Origin: Felis catus
Lineage: Eukaryota
Direction of reading: 5' to 3'
Assembly: GCF_018350175.1 (NCBI RefSeq)
Contig: NC_058368.1
Coordinates: 84,694,001-84,758,000, forward strand
DNA length: 64,000 nt
In this document: one piece after another, positions 62,070 to 64,000 of the stretch
Layout: each line of letters starts with the position of its first letter
Numbering within the stretch: the first letter of the stretch is position 1
The notes under the pieces: generated by a model
The model's input: only the letters and a program-made list of their open reading frames with translations
Told to the model about the DNA's origin: nothing
Databases searched by the model: none
Made by a program: the position numbers and the translations under genes

Positions 62070-64000
62070 AAAGAGGAGATACAATGGTGGAAAAGCATGT
62101 ATACCCTGGGCTTGTCTTATCCCTGAAATGCAGCTACTTCACCACCAAACCATTTTGATTAATCCGAGGATTAACACAACATCTGCATAACCTGAGTCAC
62201 AGAACTCAGCACATATGCAATGTGGAGAGGTGAACTGGGGGAAAGAAAAGCCAGAGAAAGTAGGGAGTGGTTTTCACAGAGAGACGACAGGGAGAAAATG
62301 AAACCTGGAGAGTGCAGCACATCAGATTGTGCAATAAAAACCATTCCCCCCAAAAGTATCTGGAGAGAAAAACACAGATGGAGTGAAAACACTCACAGGG
62401 GAATGAATAAGAAATCTTTCTCCAAAACAATTGACAGGGAGAAAAGAGAGTTTCAATACCACCAGGATTCTATAAACAGTGGAGCACAGAGTCTGAAGTT
62501 TCAGAGTCAGTGCCTGGTGATGCTCTGGTGAAGAATTAAGGACCAGACAGTGAGGTCTGAGGGGCCCATGTGCCAAACAGGGAAAAATGATTGCCCTGCT
62601 TGGGGATTATTTGATAGAGGCTATACAGCTTCCCCAGACAAAGGTCCCAGTGGACCCTGGTGAGCAGCCATATTTGCTAGTATTGGGACTAAGACACCAG
62701 AGTGTGGTGAAACCTGATGCCAGCTGTGTTGTCATAATCTCTGAACTTCTGTTGCTGTGTGATCACATGAAAATTTTCTGGGGAAAACAAACACCTGGAC
62801 ATTGCTCACTGAGGCCCTCCCACAGAAAGTAGGCTTGAGTCCAAGCCATGGGTAATCTCTGAAGGGTGGGGTTTTGAAACACAGACCTATCTGAAATAAA
62901 ACCCTGGTATGAGGTACCACCTGGCAGATGGACAGTTTGGACAAGGACAGGCTAGAGGTGGGGAGATGACAGAAGCCTGAGGCAAAGGAGGGGTGCTTGA
63001 TTGCATGTCAGTGAGAGCTTGAAGTACCTATACCAGAGACTAGGGAGCTGGGTGAAGCCATTTCCACCTCCTCTGCACATGCACATGGGCACCACATTGA
63101 CCCATCCAATTTACGTAGCGCCATCTAGTGGAGAGCTATGCTGTTACAACAAACCCTGATGATCTGTGCCTTCTAAGCACAACCCCCAGAATACCATTAT
63201 AAGTCAGTCAACCTCCTTGGTGTACAGACTATAGAGGGCTTCACAGTTTTAATTCTAGGGGAAACTGGATGCAATGTCATTAGGGTTTATTCTGTTGGCT
63301 GGTTCATTTATTCTTTTTCATTTTCTTGCTTCTGATTTTGCTTATATTGTTTTCTTCATTCTTTCTTTTCTTTCCTTTTCTTGGATACAGAAAGAGAAAA
63401 AATATTTTTATTCTTTTTACATTATTTTTATGGTTTTAAAATGTTTCTCCTATTTCTTTTATTTAATTGTGTTATTATTTTTTTAATTTTTAAATTTTTT
63501 CTTACTTTTTTTTTCCTTTAGATTTTTCTCTAGTCTATAAACCTTTTTTCAACAAGCAGACCAAAACACACCTAGGATCTAACTTCCTTTATATGATTTT
63601 TTTGTTTTGTTTTAATGTTTTATTTTTTATTATTTATTTTGTTAATTTTGTCTTCAACATAAGAAAATAAAGGAATTCACCCCAAAAGAAATAACAGGAA
63701 AAATGACAGCTAGAGACTTAATCAACACAGGTATAAGTAAGATATCTGAAATAGAATTTAGAACCAGGATAATAAGAATACTGGTTGGGGTTGAAAAAAA
63801 CCATAGAAGACACCAGAGAATCCCTGTCTGCAGAGATAAAAGAAAAAAAAAATCTTGTTAGGCCAAATTTAAAAATGCTATAACCAAGATGCAATCTCAA
63901 ATAGATGCCATGTCAGCAAGAATGGATGAAGCAGAGCAACGAATCAGGGATATAGAAGATAAAATTATGGAGAATAATGAATCATAAAAAAAGAGGAAAA
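62070..64000 (+). mobile_element. LINE-1 5' UTR and start of ORF1, runs off the window end
   Basis: ORF1-like sequence at 63660-64000 (atggatgaagcagagcaacgaatcagggatatagaagat, cf MDEAEHRITDIEDK in ORF 25248..25475); T-rich UTR tract at 63300-63650. Confidence 0.9.

Overview
Eukaryotic, non-coding-dominated window from a carnivoran genome, almost certainly a felid: it carries many tRNA-derived Can-SINEs of the SINEC_Fc type and cat-type LINE-1s. Most of it is interspersed repeat: three long minus-strand L1s (~7.1-15.6 kb, ~20.6-27.8 kb, ~48.7-54.3 kb), two plus-strand L1 5' ends, older L1M/L2 fragments, three related LTRs nested in L1s, a degenerate gag-pol-env endogenous retrovirus (~54.3-62.1 kb) and about 14 SINEs. 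I found no intact protein-coding gene; the long ORFs in the track are L1 fragments. The unique islands hold the interesting signals: (1) an intronless, heavily disabled POM121-like pseudogene on the minus strand (~34.3-36.3 kb); (2) several degenerate beta-defensin-like exons (31.5, 41.3, 42.1, 43.0 kb, weaker ones elsewhere), one of which appears to hold two defensin domains in one frame; (3) an old three-unit duplication with two minus-strand exon-like segments of exactly 213 nt; (4) a ~305-bp diverged satellite with a ~1.22-kb higher-order period. All homologies were made by eye against remembered protein sequences and repeat boundaries are approximate, so the defensin calls in particular need HMM/alignment confirmation.
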